From Cellvibrionales bacterium (GTDB taxonomy: Bacteria; Pseudomonadota; Gammaproteobacteria; Pseudomonadales; Porticoccaceae): a stretch of DNA of 64,000 nt. Positions within the stretch are counted from its first letter, which is position 1, and each line of letters opens with the position of its first letter. The notes beneath the pieces are model-generated. The model was given only the letters and a program-made list of their open reading frames with translations, was not told where the DNA came from and made no database searches. The stretch lies in the NCBI GenBank assembly GCA_038143955.1, contig JAYQMT010000005.1:551423-615422 (forward strand). Direction: 5' to 3'. The position numbers and the translations under genes are program-made. Positions 23,717 through 35,821 of this stretch are shown here, piece by piece.

Positions 23717-24549
23717 CTAGAGTTTATTCTTAGTAATGTTTTTTTGCTTTACTCCAGAGTTTTTCAAGTAACTCAGAGTTAAGATCTGAGATTGAGCCCC
23801 TTCTTTATCTAACTTAGCCTCAATATAATTAAATCTACACTCAAACTTTTTTGATGACCCCCTAAGAGCAACTTCTGCATCTACATCTAAGTGCCTGCAT
23901 AAATTTACAATTGTGAATATTAAATCCCCAAGTTCTTCATTAATATTTTCTTTATCTTTTTTTTCTATTGCTTCTGATAACTCTAACACTTCTTCATAAA
24001 CTTTATTGAAGATTTCTTCATTTGTTTTCCAATCATAACCAAAGGTTGCCGCTCGCTTTTGTATTTTTTGAGCTCTCATTAAAGAAGGCAGCGTTACTGG
24101 TATATCAGACAAGATTGATTTCTGACCTTTTTTCTCACGCTCTTTTAACTTTATCACTTCCCATTTTTTCTTAATATCTTCTGAGTTAAAGTTTTTCTTT
24201 AAATTTAGATTTTTTTACCCGAAAGTGTCCCATCTGGAAAAACATGAGGGTGTCTACTAATTAATTTTTTTACGACAGAAGATATTACATCTTTTAAGCT
24301 AAAGAGATTTTTTTCATCTGCCAGATTACAATAAAATATAATTTGAAAAAGTAAGTCGCCTAGTTCCTCCTTGAGATTACTAAAATCGCGGTTCTCGATA
24401 GCATCAACAACTTCATAAACCTCCTCTAAGGTATATGGAATTATGGAATTAAATGTTTGTTTGATATCCCAAGGACAGCCGGAAATAGGATCTCTTAATC
24501 TTTCCATAAGAAATAAAAGATCATCTATTGAGAAGAGTTTATTAGGCAT
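23717..24549 (-). CDS. mazG: Nucleoside triphosphate pyrophosphohydrolase MazG (frameshift near 24210)
   Basis: GCPWD, EEVYE, EELGDLL, RHPHVF, second EELGD repeat. Confidence 0.94.
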
Positions 24550-25426
24550 ATATTCCAGAGGATAGGTAACGATCTCCTCTATCACAAACTATAGCGACTA
24601 TAACCGCATCATTTGTTTTTTGGAGATTCTCAAGGCTGCTGCAACTGACCCCCAGATGATACACCACAAAATATACCTTCCTGAGTGGCCATTTTTCTCA
24701 TAGTTTCCTCAGCCTCTTTTTGACCCATATCTATAATTTGGTCGACCTGTGATAATTTATAGATACTTGGTAAATACTTTTTTGGCCAACGTCTAATACC
24801 AGGTATGCTTGCCCCATCCTCTGGTTGTAAGCCTATAATTTGAACATTAGGATTTTTTGACTTCAGATAACGTGAAACTCCCATTATCGTGCCAGTTGTG
24901 CCCATTGAGCTTACAAAATGGGTTATTTTTTTCCACTTTGTTCCCAAATTTCAGGACCAGTATTTTCGAAGTGCGCTAAAGGATTATCAGGGTTTCCAAA
25001 TTGGTCCAAAACTTTTCCCATACCATCGGTTTCCATTGATTTAGCTAGATCTCTAGCTCCTTCCATGCTTGATTCTTTTGATACTAATATTAAATCTGCG
25101 CCATAAGCCCTCATTGCAGCTTTTCTTTCCTCAGTATTATTTTCTGGCATGATTAGTATCATTTTGTATCCTTTTATTGCAGCTGCCATAGCTAAAGCAA
25201 TACCAGTATTCCCTGATGTAGCTTCAATAAGCACATCCCCAGGTTTAATTTCACCACGCGCTTCAGCGCGTTGAATCATACTAATTGCAGGTCTATCTTT
25301 TACAGATCCAGCAGGATTATTACCTTCCAGCTTCACAAGAATAGTGTTTGAGCTCTTTTCAGGTATACGTTGTAGTGCGACAAGTGGTGTTTTTCCTATA
25401 CAGGACTCTATTGTTGGATATGGCAT
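24542..25426 (-). CDS. cysM: Cysteine synthase B (frameshifted)
   Basis: KLEGNNPAGSVKDR, EATSGNTG, MGTTGT; C-terminal AIVCDRGDRYLSSG ends at TAA 24542. Confidence 0.95.
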
Positions 25427-25565
25427 AAAAATCCACCTCAGATAAAATCATCTAAATTTTAATTATACAAATCTTAAGCTAATATATTTATATCGAAGTC
25501 TAACTTATCACTTACCTCAAGAATACTTTAATCAGTATTCCTTAAAACTAAAATAGACTGCACCT

Positions 25566-25935
25566 CTAAAAAATCACAACAAAGGATAGTACGTGATCAG
25601 ACTCATCTGACAAGCTTATAAGTGCTTGTTTCGCACCTATATCCCCCATCTTTTTTTTGCCTCCCAGTTAATTTAAGTATTGGGGCTCCAAAACTATCAT
25701 TTTTTACCTCAAAGTCATGCCATGATATTAGGCCAATACCAGTTCCTAGAGCTTTACTTGCTGCCTCTTTTGCTGAAAAACGCTTAGCTAAAAAGCTTAT
25801 TGATTTATTCTTATTTTCAAATATATTAAGTTCAGCACGACATAAGATTCTTGTTGAAAATCGGTCTCCATACTTGTTAAAGATATTTTCAATTCTAGAG
25901 ATCTTCAAGATATCTGTTCCTATGCCAATTATCAT
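25566..25935 (-). CDS. acpS: Holo-ACP synthase (frameshift near 25650)
   Basis: IIGIGTDI, LAKRFSAKEAASKALGTG. Confidence 0.93.
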
Positions 25936-25991
25936 CTACTAGCTCCAATATCTAAACTTAAAAATACTCATAATAAGTAATTTTTACCAAG

Positions 25992-26714
25992 TTAACTATT
26001 TTTTGACAATTTATTTTTCTTAAAAAAGCTACGACTCAATAGAGGTTTTTCACCTATATGTGGCTGTAACGCAAGACGTATCAGTTTCTTTGCAGCTTGC
26101 GGTGATAATGAGAAATCACCATTTTTAAATGCTATCAAATCACATCCCCTAAATAAGTCACTAGAGTGGTTGATAGCAGTGTTGTTATTTTTTGATAAAA
26201 AGCCAAAATCTGGTACGAAGTAGTATTCATCATCATGATCAATTGGCTCATCGAGTTCCGCGTCAGTCGTTAGGTTTAGACCGTAACCTAGCTCCTCAAG
26301 TAATGAAAATTCAAAGGTACGTAAACTCTCTGATAGGGATATATTTGTTGTGAGATCTATTAGTACATTAACATAGTTGTCATAAATTACTTGATGAGGA
26401 TCGTTTTCAGCGAGAAGTCTCATTAATAGTTCATTAAGATAAAAACCACAAAAGAGGCTATCGCCCTTAAGTGATATTGGAGCAGAAGAATGCTCTATTT
26501 GAGTTATTGTCTTGAGGTTAGATTTGCCTGCCCAGCTTACTAAAATTTGCGAGTATGCATTGAGCTTTATTGCCTTTTTCTTTCCTCTCGAGCCTCTTGA
26601 GATGGCACGGATTCTGCCAAAAGATCTTGTAAAGAGATCAACTATTTGGCTTGTTTCTCTAAAAGGCCGCGTGTGTAATATGAATGCTAGTTCAGGCTGC
26701 ATAAGGGAATACAA
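25992..26714 (-). CDS. recO: DNA repair protein RecO
   Basis: AFILHTRPFRETS, GFYLNELL, LLEELGYG, KPLLSR. Confidence 0.93.
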   Translation of the reverse strand: MYSLMQPELAFILHTRPFRETSQIVDLFTRSFGRIRAISRGSRGKKKAIKLNAYSQILVSWAGKSNLKTITQIEHSSAPISLKGDSLFCGFYLNELLMRLLAENDPHQVIYDNYVNVLIDLTTNISLSESLRTFEFSLLEELGYGLNLTTDAELDEPIDHDDEYYFVPDFGFLSKNNNTAINHSSDLFRGCDLIAFKNGDFSLSPQAAKKLIRLALQPHIGEKPLLSRSFFKKNKLSKNS

Positions 26715-26722
26715 AAAATTTG

Positions 26723-27630
26723 CTAGAATTCAGATTTATATCCAAGACTTTTGAGTGCATTTTTGTCATTAGACCATCCTCGCTTAACTTTGATCCACAA
26801 AGTTAGCATCACCTTACTTTCAAGTAGTTTTTCCATATCAAGACGCGACTCTTTACCTATCATTTTTAGTCTTTCGCCTTTATCTCCAATTGCAATTTTT
26901 TTTTGACCCTCTCTTTCTACGAGTATAAGTGCATTAATGTGACAGATATTTTTTTCGTATTTAAATTTTTCTATTTCTACTGTGGTTTCATATGGTAGCT
27001 CCGCACCTAACTGGCGTACTATTTTCTCTCTAATCAATTCTGCTACAAGAAATCTCTCACTTTTATCGGTAACCTGATTATCAGGAAAATAATATTCTCT
27101 AAAGGGTATATTATTTTTAATTTCTGATTCTAATAAATCAAGCTGATGACCAAATAAGGCAGATATAGGAATAATCTTAGCTTCTGGATAGCGTGCTGCA
27201 AGATCTTTGATGTGTGGAGCCATATCTTGATCTACAGATATCTTATCAAACTTATTGATAGCAATAATTACAGGTATCTTCATTTTAAATACTTCCTTTG
27301 CTACCCTTATATCTGTTTCGTTCCATATATCACGATCTAGGACTAGAATTATCAAGTCTACATCTTTTAAAGCACTTTCTGCTTCATGATTCATATAACG
27401 ATTAAGTGCTTTTTTTGATTAAAATGTATACCTGGCGTATCTACAAAAATTATTTGAGCATTTTTTGTAGTTTTTATTCCGAGCAAATTATGCCTAGTTG
27501 TCTGGGGCTTCCTAGAGGTTATGCTAAGTTTGGAACCTAAAATGTGATTAAGCAAAGTGGACTTACCAACATTAGGTCGCCCGACTATCGCCACATACCC
27601 ACATTTTTTTGGACATTTACTCTCTGCCAT
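26723..27630 (-). CDS. era: GTPase Era (frameshift near 27410)
   Basis: [24 protein letters not shown] domain. Confidence 0.96.
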
Positions 27631-28333
27631 TTAAAAGTTCCATAATTGCTTTTTCAGCTGCCTTTTTCTCAGCATCCCTTTTTGTTGCTCCTAGACCTTC
27701 AGTTGATTTTTTTAGACCGCTGGCATGACATTCAATTTTAAATTTTTGTTTATGAGCTTCTCCAGATATATTCATTATCTTATACACAGGAAGTGCTTGG
27801 CTTCTCGACTGCATTAGTTCTTGGAGCTCGGTTTTTGGATCTTTTTGACCACTCATTTTTAAATTTTTTAATCTTTTATCAAACCACTTAAGGATACATA
27901 TTCTACAAGGGTCAATACCACCATCTAAGAAGATTGCGCCGATAACCGCCTCAACGGCATTAGCAAGAATTGAGGATCTAAAACGTCCACCATTTGTCAT
28001 TTCTCCTTTACCTAATACTAAAAATTCCCCAATATTTAACTCATTAGCAATTTTAGCAAGTGTTTTTCCCTTTACTAAATCTGCTCTATATCTACTTAGT
28101 TCCCCCTCTTTACTCTGAGGAAGTAGATTATAGATCTCATGACTAATTATAAAATTAAGAATAGAATCACCCAGAAATTCTAATCGTTCATTATTAGATG
28201 AACCGAGGCTTCTGTGTGTAAGCGCGAGCTCTAACAAAAACTTATCTTTAAAATCGGAGCTAATATTATTTGAGAGTTGATTTTGTGTTTTTTTCATAAT
28301 TAAGTTTTTTCTATCATCTAATTTTTCCTGCAC
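27617..28333 (-). CDS. rnc: Ribonuclease III
   Basis: [16 protein letters not shown], ds[11 protein letters not shown]. Confidence 0.96.
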   Translation of the reverse strand: MQEKLDDRKNLIMKKTQNQLSNNISSDFKDKFLLELALTHRSLGSSNNERLEFLGDSILNFIISHEIYNLLPQSKEGELSRYRADLVKGKTLAKIANELNIGEFLVLGKGEMTNGGRFRSSILANAVEAVIGAIFLDGGIDPCRICILKWFDKRLKNLKMSGQKDPKTELQELMQSRSQALPVYKIMNISGEAHKQKFKIECHASGLKKSTEGLGATKRDAEKKAAEKAIMELLNGRE

Positions 28334-29057
28334 CAGAAAAGCTTGGAAGCTCGCTAAATGAGCTCCAACTCATCCAAATTAACATTGCTTTACCTACAAT
28401 ATTAGCTTCTGGAACAGCGCCCCACATCCTACTATCACTGCTATTATCTCGATTATCTCCCACCATAAAATAGTGTCTTGGTGGAACAACAATAGAGTAG
28501 TTTTCTCCAAGGCTGGATGGTATTTTTCTTTTTCTTACAAGATGTTTAACTCCATCTAGAATTTCATTTTCTATTATATAATCTTTATTTTTTGCGTCCT
28601 CAGTCAAGAAAGTATAATTTACCTCGCTTCCATTTAAATATAATATATTTTTTTTTATCGTGATCTTATCGCCAGGCAAACCAAGAACTCTCTTAATAAA
28701 GTATCTTTTATCATGCGGAGGTGTAAAAACCATTACATCCCCTCTTTGTGGGTAACCTAAATCAAAAAACTTAAATCTAGTAACAGGAAATCTTAAGCCA
28801 TAGGTAAACTTATTTACTAAAATATAATCACCTACTTTTAAGGTTGGTATCATTGATCCTGAGGGGATCTGAAAAGGTTCGAAAATAAAAGATCTAAGTA
28901 CAAAAACAAAAAGCAAGACTGGAAAGAAAGAGCCAAGATAAGTAGAAAATTTGATAAAAATTTGGGGTTTTGTATCGTTATTTAGCTTGCTTACTAGCAA
29001 AAAAATTCCACTGATGAAGACAAGTATTGTAAGCAAAAGTGGGAAATTAATATCCAT
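28314..29057 (-). CDS. lepB: Signal peptidase I
   Basis: EPFQIPSGSMIPTL, IKRV, GDNRDNSSDSR. Confidence 0.96.
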   Translation of the reverse strand: MDINFPLLLTILVFISGIFLLVSKLNNDTKPQIFIKFSTYLGSFFPVLLFVFVLRSFIFEPFQIPSGSMIPTLKVGDYILVNKFTYGLRFPVTRFKFFDLGYPQRGDVMVFTPPHDKRYFIKRVLGLPGDKITIKKNILYLNGSEVNYTFLTEDAKNKDYIIENEILDGVKHLVRKRKIPSSLGENYSIVVPPRHYFMVGDNRDNSSDSRMWGAVPEANIVGKAMLIWMSWSSFSELPSFSGAGKIR

Positions 29058-29064
29058 TAGATTC

Positions 29065-30867
29065 TCAGTTATCAGTTTTTAAAACAGCCAAAAAAGCTTC
29101 TTGGGGGATTTCTACATTACCAACCCTCTTCATTCTTTTTTTGCCTTCTTTTTGTTTTTGCAGTAATTTTTTCTTACGAGTAATATCCCCGCCATAACAT
29201 TTTGCAGTAACGTTTTTGCGAAGCGCTTTAACGGTTGTTCTCGCTATAATATGTCCTCCAATGGCGGCAGCCTGGATTGCAACATCGAACATTTGTCTGG
29301 GTATCAGTTGCTTCATTTTTTCAGTTAGTTGTCGTCCAGTTCTCTGTGAATTAGCACGATGGAGGATAAGTGCTAAAGCGTCAACTTTATCAGCATTAAT
29401 TAGAACATCTAGTCTTACTAAGGGCGCTACCTCGAATCTTACAAAGCTGTAATCGAGTGATGCAAAGCCCCGACTTACAGATTTTAATCTATCAAAGAAA
29501 TCCATTACCACTTCGCTCATTGGAATATCATATGATAATGAAACCTGTTCACCAACAAACTGGAGATCTTTTTGGACGCCCCTTTTTTCAACACAAAGAG
29601 TAATTACGTTACCAACATGTTCTTTTGGCACCAGGATATTAGCTTCACATAAGGGTTCACGCATTTCTCTAACTTGCGCTGGATCTGGCAAATCAGTTGG
29701 GTTTGATATGTGTATGGTTGATCCATCTGTCTTTAAAATCTCATAAACAACAGTTGGCGCTGTAGTAATTAAATTTAAGTTATATTCTCGTTCTAGTCTT
29801 TCCTGAATGATCTCCATATGTAATAAACCTAGAAAACCACAACGAAATCCAAAACCCAGTGCATCAGAGTTTTCAGGCTCAAAAAATAAGGAAGCGTCAT
29901 TAAGGGTAAGCTTCGCTAAAGCTTCTCGAAAGTCTTCGAAATCATCCGAGCTTACGGGAAATAATCCAGCATAGACTTGTGGCTTTATAGTCTTGAATCC
30001 AGGTAAGGATTGTGTATCTGGAGTGCTACAATGTGTAAATGTATCACCTACAGGTGCACCAAGAATATCTTTGATTCCAGCGACTACAAATCCTACTTCC
30101 CCTGCTTTTAGGACGCCAGTTTTTTTTCTTTTTGGGGTGAATATACCAACTGCATCGACATTGTGAGGTTTACCAATTGACTTAGTGATTATCTTATCTT
30201 TTGTTTTTAGTTTCCCAGCAGTAACTCTTACAAGGGAAACAACGCCTAAATATGCATCAAACCAAGAATCAATAATTAAAGCCTGTAATGGAGCTTCGAT
30301 ATCTCCTTCTGGGGGTGGAATCTTAAGAACAAGCCGCTCAAGAATCTCTTCTATGCCTAATCCAGTTTTTGCGCTGCAGTGGACTGCATCTTCAGCATCT
30401 ATACCAATAATGTTTTCAATTTCTTTAATAACTTTTTCAGGATCAGCCTGAGGTAAATCCATCTTATTTAAAACTGGAATAACTTCGAGTTCTTGCTCGA
30501 TTGCTGTATAGCAATTTGCAACTGATTGAGCTTCTACACCCTGAGCAGCATCCACTATAAGAAGAGCTCCCTCACAAGCAGCTAATGACCGAGATACCTC
30601 ATATGAGAAGTCAACGAGTCCAGGTGTATCAATAAAATTTAATTGATAGCTTTTATTGTCTTTAGCTCGATAGTTTAATGTTACACTTTGAGCCTTAATC
30701 GTTATGCCCCTCTCTCGCTCAATATCCATTGAATCAAGTACTTGTGCAGACATTTCTCTTGAGTCCAGCCCACCACAATGCTGGATAAACCGGTCTGCAA
30801 TCGTAGACTTACCATGATCGATATGTGCGATAATAGAAAAATTTCTTATATGGTTTAAATTAGACAC
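29065..30867 (-). CDS. lepA: Elongation factor 4 (LepA)
   Basis: [39 protein letters not shown]; probable GTG start at 30867. Confidence 0.97.
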   Translation of the reverse strand: MSNLNHIRNFSIIAHIDHGKSTIADRFIQHCGGLDSREMSAQVLDSMDIERERGITIKAQSVTLNYRAKDNKSYQLNFIDTPGLVDFSYEVSRSLAACEGALLIVDAAQGVEAQSVANCYTAIEQELEVIPVLNKMDLPQADPEKVIKEIENIIGIDAEDAVHCSAKTGLGIEEILERLVLKIPPPEGDIEAPLQALIIDSWFDAYLGVVSLVRVTAGKLKTKDKIITKSIGKPHNVDAVGIFTPKRKKTGVLKAGEVGFVVAGIKDILGAPVGDTFTHCSTPDTQSLPGFKTIKPQVYAGLFPVSSDDFEDFREALAKLTLNDASLFFEPENSDALGFGFRCGFLGLLHMEIIQERLEREYNLNLITTAPTVVYEILKTDGSTIHISNPTDLPDPAQVREMREPLCEANILVPKEHVGNVITLCVEKRGVQKDLQFVGEQVSLSYDIPMSEVVMDFFDRLKSVSRGFASLDYSFVRFEVAPLVRLDVLINADKVDALALILHRANSQRTGRQLTEKMKQLIPRQMFDVAIQAAAIGGHIIARTTVKALRKNVTAKCYGGDITRKKKLLQKQKEGKKRMKRVGNVEIPQEAFLAVLKTDN

Positions 30868-31014
30868 AGAATAAAATTTTCGTTGTAGTGTGTAGCCTTT
30901 CACAGGCAAATTTAGCAAGGTTTAATTTGTTAATTTTAACCTATTTGACATAGAGACGCTATGAAATGCGGGAAAAGAAAAAAGCTATTTTATAATTAGA
31001 GTTCGAGGTATATT

Positions 31015-31632
31015 TTATTCAGATATAAATTTTTCTTCATTTTGATTATAGGTATGAAGAAGACCATCAAGATATCTTTGAACCTGTTCGCGTGTTAAGT
31101 TACCATTTGTTTTTTTACTCTGAAATAAAATTTCATTTGATGGCATCGATTTTTTTTGAGAATGATTTGATATCGCAACATTTCTTGCCATAGTGGGCGG
31201 TATACCAAATTCAGCCGATGTTCGCAGGTTAGTAGAACCAAGATTTAATTGTATGTTTTCTGTTTTGACAAATGCAGAAGAATGTTCAGCTGTATTTTTT
31301 TTATATTCCTGCATCCCTAATAAAGCAACTGTAGCTACAGAAGCTGCTACAGCAAATCTTCCTAATGGTTTTATTAGATACTCAGACACACTCTTCTTAC
31401 CAAAAGTTTTTTCGAGGTGTATTGCAGATGAAATAGCAGGTGAAAAGTCTATTACTTTATTTGGAAGATATTTATTAATAGAAGCTGAAGTCATTTCATA
31501 TCGACGCCATTTGTCACGAAGTGACGAATTAGAAGAAAATTCTTTAAGCACTCTGCGTATTTCAATTTCTTCAGCCTCACCGTCAAATACAGCGGAAAGA
31601 GTTTCTTTTTGATAATTATCATCGACGCTCAT
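31015..31632 (-). CDS. rseA: Anti-sigma-E factor RseA/MucA
   Basis: ETLSAVFDGE N-terminus, WRRY, TM segment FAVAASVA; directly after rpoE. Confidence 0.88.
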   Translation of the reverse strand: MSVDDNYQKETLSAVFDGEAEEIEIRRVLKEFSSNSSLRDKWRRYEMTSASINKYLPNKVIDFSPAISSAIHLEKTFGKKSVSEYLIKPLGRFAVAASVATVALLGMQEYKKNTAEHSSAFVKTENIQLNLGSTNLRTSAEFGIPPTMARNVAISNHSQKKSMPSNEILFQSKKTNGNLTREQVQRYLDGLLHTYNQNEEKFISE

Positions 31633-31710
31633 ATTCTAGCAACCATTTATTTTGTAATTCAACCTACAACTTATGACCATAATAAACTGAAAAGGTTCAA
31701 TTATAATAAG

Positions 31711-32295
31711 TTAGTTCTCCATTTCTTTTATTTTTTCTTCTAGCGCTTCGCGAGCACGAAAAATTCTTGATCTTACTGTGCCTACAGGACAATCCATTAT
31801 ATCTGAAATTTGTTCGTAACTGAGGTCTTCAAATTCACGTAACATTAAGGCATTGCGAAGATCCCCAGGCAGTTCCTTTATCGCCATATCTATAACTGTT
31901 TCTAGCTCATTCTTCGAAAGGATATTATCGGGAGAATCGAGATTCTGCAATTGACTACTATGTTCTGTGATTTCAGAGTCATCTAGATCAATGTCGAATG
32001 AGGGTGGACGCCTATTACGTGCAAGTAGGTAATTCTTGGATGTGTTTACAGCGATACGATAAAGCCATGTATAAAACGCACTCTCGCTTCGAAAGGCTTC
32101 AAGTGCTCGGTATGCTTTTATAAAAGTTTCTTGGACCACATCATTGACTTCATCAAAGTCTTTGACATATCTAGAAACAACAGCATGCACCTTAAATTGA
32201 TGCTTGATTACAAGCAGATCAAAAGCACTCTTGTCCCCTTTCTGCACAAGAGCTACTAGTTGATCATCACTAATTTTTACCTGCTCATCTTTCAT
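31711..32295 (-). CDS. rpoE: ECF sigma factor RpoE/AlgU
   Basis: AFDLLVIK, DVVQETFIKAYR, FYTWLYRIAVNT, CPVGTVRSRIFRAR. Confidence 0.96.
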   Translation of the reverse strand: MKDEQVKISDDQLVALVQKGDKSAFDLLVIKHQFKVHAVVSRYVKDFDEVNDVVQETFIKAYRALEAFRSESAFYTWLYRIAVNTSKNYLLARNRRPPSFDIDLDDSEITEHSSQLQNLDSPDNILSKNELETVIDMAIKELPGDLRNALMLREFEDLSYEQISDIMDCPVGTVRSRIFRAREALEEKIKEMEN

Positions 32296-32408
32296 CGATA
32301 CCCTAGCTTGTTTAACTTACAACACAAAAAATGCAGAGAAATTAATTATTGCTTAGATATAATAACATTACTTGAATTAAATTAGACCTGAGTAGAGTAA
32401 AAATTGAT

Positions 32409-34019
32409 ATGTCCAATAGCCAACATGTACTCGTAATAGGTAGCGGTGCAGCAGGAATGACAGTCGCCCTTGAGCTTTCTTGTAAGTATAAGGTTTCAAT
32501 ATTAAGTAAGAGTGCCATTGAGTCTGGGTCAACTTGGTGGGCCCAAGGGGGAATTGCTAGTGTATTTGATCATGAAGACTCAATAGAATCTCATTATCAA
32601 GATACCATAAGAGCAGGTGCTGGCATGTGCCATGAGAAAACTGTCAGATCCGCTGTAGAGCGTGGTCCTAAAGCTATTCGCTGGTTAGTGGAGCATGGCG
32701 TTGATTTTACTCAAAACTCAAGTGACGAGTATCATCTTACTCAAGAAGCTGGGCATAGTCATCGAAGAATCCTTCATTCAGCAGATTCTACAGGTAAGGA
32801 GGTATCAGCCTCTTTAGCGGATAAAGTTAAGAAAGACCCTAATATAAAACTTTATGAGAACCATATTGTTGTAGATTTAATAACCCAAGCTGATAGGAGT
32901 TCAAGTCGGATAAGATGTACCGGAGCCTATGTTCTCAATACCAAAAAAGATAACGTGAGTGTTTTTCATGCAAAAGTCGTAGTTTTAGCAACTGGTGGAG
33001 CAAGCAAAGCATATCTTTATACAAGCAATCCTGACGGAGCCACTGGAGATGGAATAGCACTTGGCTGGAGATCTGGTTGTAGAGTCGCAAATCTTGAGTT
33101 TAACCAATTTCATCCGACATGCTTATACCACCCAAATGCAAAAGCTTTTTGCTTACAGAAGCACTCCGTGGAGAAGGAGCATATCTAAGACTCCCGAATG
33201 GAGATCGCTTCATGTCAAAATTTCATCCAAAAGCTGAACTAGCACCAAGAGATGTGGTTGCAAGAGCAATTGACTATGAAATAAAAAGATTGGGTTGCGA
33301 TTGTGTATTTTTAGATATTACACATAAGCCAACAGAATTTATTGATAAACATTTTCCTTCTGTAAAAAAATATTGTCTGAAGTTTGGATTAGACATTACG
33401 ACTGACATGATTCCAGTGGTCCCAGCTGCACACTATACTTGTGGCGGGTTGATGGTTAACCAATATGGACAAACTGATTTATGGAACCTTTATGCCGTCG
33501 GGGAAACTGCTTTCACTGGTTTGCATGGTGCGAATAGAATGGCTAGCAACTCTCTTAGAGTGTGTAGTTTTTGGAAGGATTGCTGCAGAAGAAATATACA
33601 GAAGAATGCCAGATATATCGGATTTCATGGTTGCAAATCCATGGGACGAGAGCAGAGTAACCCATTCTGATGAAGATGTTATTATTTCTCATAATTGGGA
33701 TGAGCTTAGGCGTTTTATGTGGGATTATGTTGGTATAGTAAGATCTAAAAAAAGATTAGAAAGGGCAGAACATAGAGTAAAATTATTACAATTAGAAATT
33801 CAAGAATATTATAGCAATTATAAAATTGGTAAAAATTTAATAGAGTTAAGAAACCTTGTTCTTGTTTCAGAGCTAATAATTCGATGCGCAAAACAACGTA
33901 AAGAAAGTAGAGGTTTGCATTATACCTTGGATTATCCTGAGACATCAAAAATCGCAAAGGATACAATTATGGTACCAATTAATTTTGCGGCGCAAAATAT
34001 TGTTGTTAATACAGCTTGA
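32409..34019 (+). CDS. nadB: L-aspartate oxidase (two frameshifts)
   Basis: [54 protein letters not shown]; divergent from rpoE. Confidence 0.96.
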
Positions 34020-34021
34020 AC

Positions 34022-34285
34022 CTATTTTAATTCAAATTCTGGACGAACTAAATGCCTTGTATTTCTGATTATATCGACTATTTTTTGTAACTCTGGATTG
34101 CCAGAATTTTTTCGGTCTATGAGCCAGTTCCAGAGATCTTGGTCCTCGCATTCAAGCAGTTTCCAGTATCTCATTTGATCCTCAATTGTTAATTGTGGAT
34201 AAACTTTCTCAAGAAAAGGTAACAACATTAGGTCTAACTCAAGCATACCCCGTCTACTTGCCCATGAAAGTCTTTTTATATCCAT
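34022..34285 (-). CDS. sdhE: FAD assembly factor SdhE
   Basis: RLSWASRRGMLELD motif. Confidence 0.92.
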   Translation of the reverse strand: MDIKRLSWASRRGMLELDLMLLPFLEKVYPQLTIEDQMRYWKLLECEDQDLWNWLIDRKNSGNPELQKIVDIIRNTRHLVRPEFELK

Positions 34286-34382
34286 TAACAACACCTTTTA
34301 GCTAAAACTAAGCTTCATTATAGTGGAACTAGCTTAGTTTACGCACTAAGATACATATAAGATTCGTTTATTATGGATATAT

Positions 34383-35360
34383 ATGGATAATTGGCATTCT
34401 TTTTTAAAAAAAAATGGCGCAAAATTCTCAAACAAGAATGAAATATCATTTGAGAAGACACAGCCAATTGTGGACCACTCGAAAAAAGAGAGTTTTTTTA
34501 TACCATTGACTCATCTCGGCTTGATACAGCTTGAAGGCATAGATGCCAGACAGTTTCTTCAAGGACAAGTGACTTGTGACGTTGGGTTGCTCTCAAATAA
34601 TAATAGTATTTTCGGCGCAAAATGTACTCCAAAAGGCCGTACATTAACTAACTTTCAACTTCATGAAATTTGCGATGATAAATTATTGATGATCATGCAC
34701 CGCTCATTGATTGATTTGGTGATAAAAGATCTTTCCAAATATGCTGCATTTTATAAAGTTACCCTCATTGATGCGACAGAACTCTATGCCATTTTCGGCT
34801 TAGTCAATGTAACCCTTGACTATCAGTTTGATGTAAGTTCTTCTTTTTCTTATAAGGATGGCAGAGAGCTTGTTGCTGTCTCTGGGAACCATGCAACAGA
34901 CTTATGGAACGAGTTATCAAATATATCAACCGTTGCCGGTTATAACTCCTGGGAAACTCTTAATATACAATCAGGAATACCGATATTACAGAAAGAAACT
35001 TCAGGTTCTTTTGTTCCGCAAATGCTCAATCTAGATTATCTTGATGCTATAAGCTTTTCTAAAGGCTGTTATACCGGACAGGAGGTGGTTGCTAGAATGA
35101 GGTATCTCGGAAAGCTGAAAAGAAAAATGTACCGTATAAACAGAACTAGTAATCAGATTGTACCTCCAGGTACACCTTGTTATGTTGAAGATATAAATCA
35201 GATTTCTGGCTATGTGATATCAAGTGTACAGATAGACTCTAATTTTCAGGAACTTTTGGCAGTTCTTACAGATCAGGCTGCTGTAAGTCAACATATGTCT
35301 ATTGGTAATGCTAATATCGAAAAAGTTCAATATTTACCTCTAAGTTACATAAAAAGCTAG
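34383..35360 (+). CDS. ygfZ: Folate-binding protein YgfZ
   Basis: FLQGQVTCD, signature KGCYTGQEVVAR. Confidence 0.93.
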   Translation: MDNWHSFLKKNGAKFSNKNEISFEKTQPIVDHSKKESFFIPLTHLGLIQLEGIDARQFLQGQVTCDVGLLSNNNSIFGAKCTPKGRTLTNFQLHEICDDKLLMIMHRSLIDLVIKDLSKYAAFYKVTLIDATELYAIFGLVNVTLDYQFDVSSSFSYKDGRELVAVSGNHATDLWNELSNISTVAGYNSWETLNIQSGIPILQKETSGSFVPQMLNLDYLDAISFSKGCYTGQEVVARMRYLGKLKRKMYRINRTSNQIVPPGTPCYVEDINQISGYVISSVQIDSNFQELLAVLTDQAAVSQHMSIGNANIEKVQYLPLSYIKS

Positions 35361-35391
35361 GTTATTGATGGAATACAAAGGGATACTTTGA

Positions 35392-35813
35392 ATGTTCGAG
35401 TGGCTTGTTGATAATCAAAGTCTTTTGATATGGTTGAGTTTTTTTTCGGCTATATTTTTTATTATTAGCTTAATAGCTTTACCATGGTTGGTAGGACTAA
35501 TTCCAGAAGATTATTTTTTTAATACAACGACTGATCCACAAAATGCTAATGAGGAAAATTTTTTTTATAGGCTAGTAATGAAGATTGGGAAAAATGCCTT
35601 AGGATTAGTTTTGCTAGCCGGCGGAGTGCTTATGCTTTTTTGCCAGGCCAAGGGTTGTTAACCATATTCATGGGAGCGATTTTGATCGATTACCCTAAAA
35701 AAAAATTAATTGAAAGGCGTTTTATTAAAATAGCATTTATCCTTAAGGGTTTAAATTGGATTAGAATTAAAGGGGGACACTCCTATTTAAGGCTCAATAA
35801 AGATTTAGATTAA
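35392..35813 (+). CDS. Membrane protein, PGPGW-like family (frameshift near 35640)
   Basis: IPEDYF and KNALG; the shifted frame gives PGQGLLTI and LNWIR, ending at TAA 35813. Confidence 0.7.
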
Positions 35814-35821
35814 TCTGTTTC

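Noticed and set aside
30610-30632. LepA catalytic motif reads DTPGLVDF instead of DTPGHVDF, and there is an extra Ala (QAAAIGG) near 29265
   Set aside because: It is a single-base CAC to CTC change. Similar point errors create stops in serS (about 4329) and the GST (about 63765), so sequence error is more likely. Read pileups would settle it.
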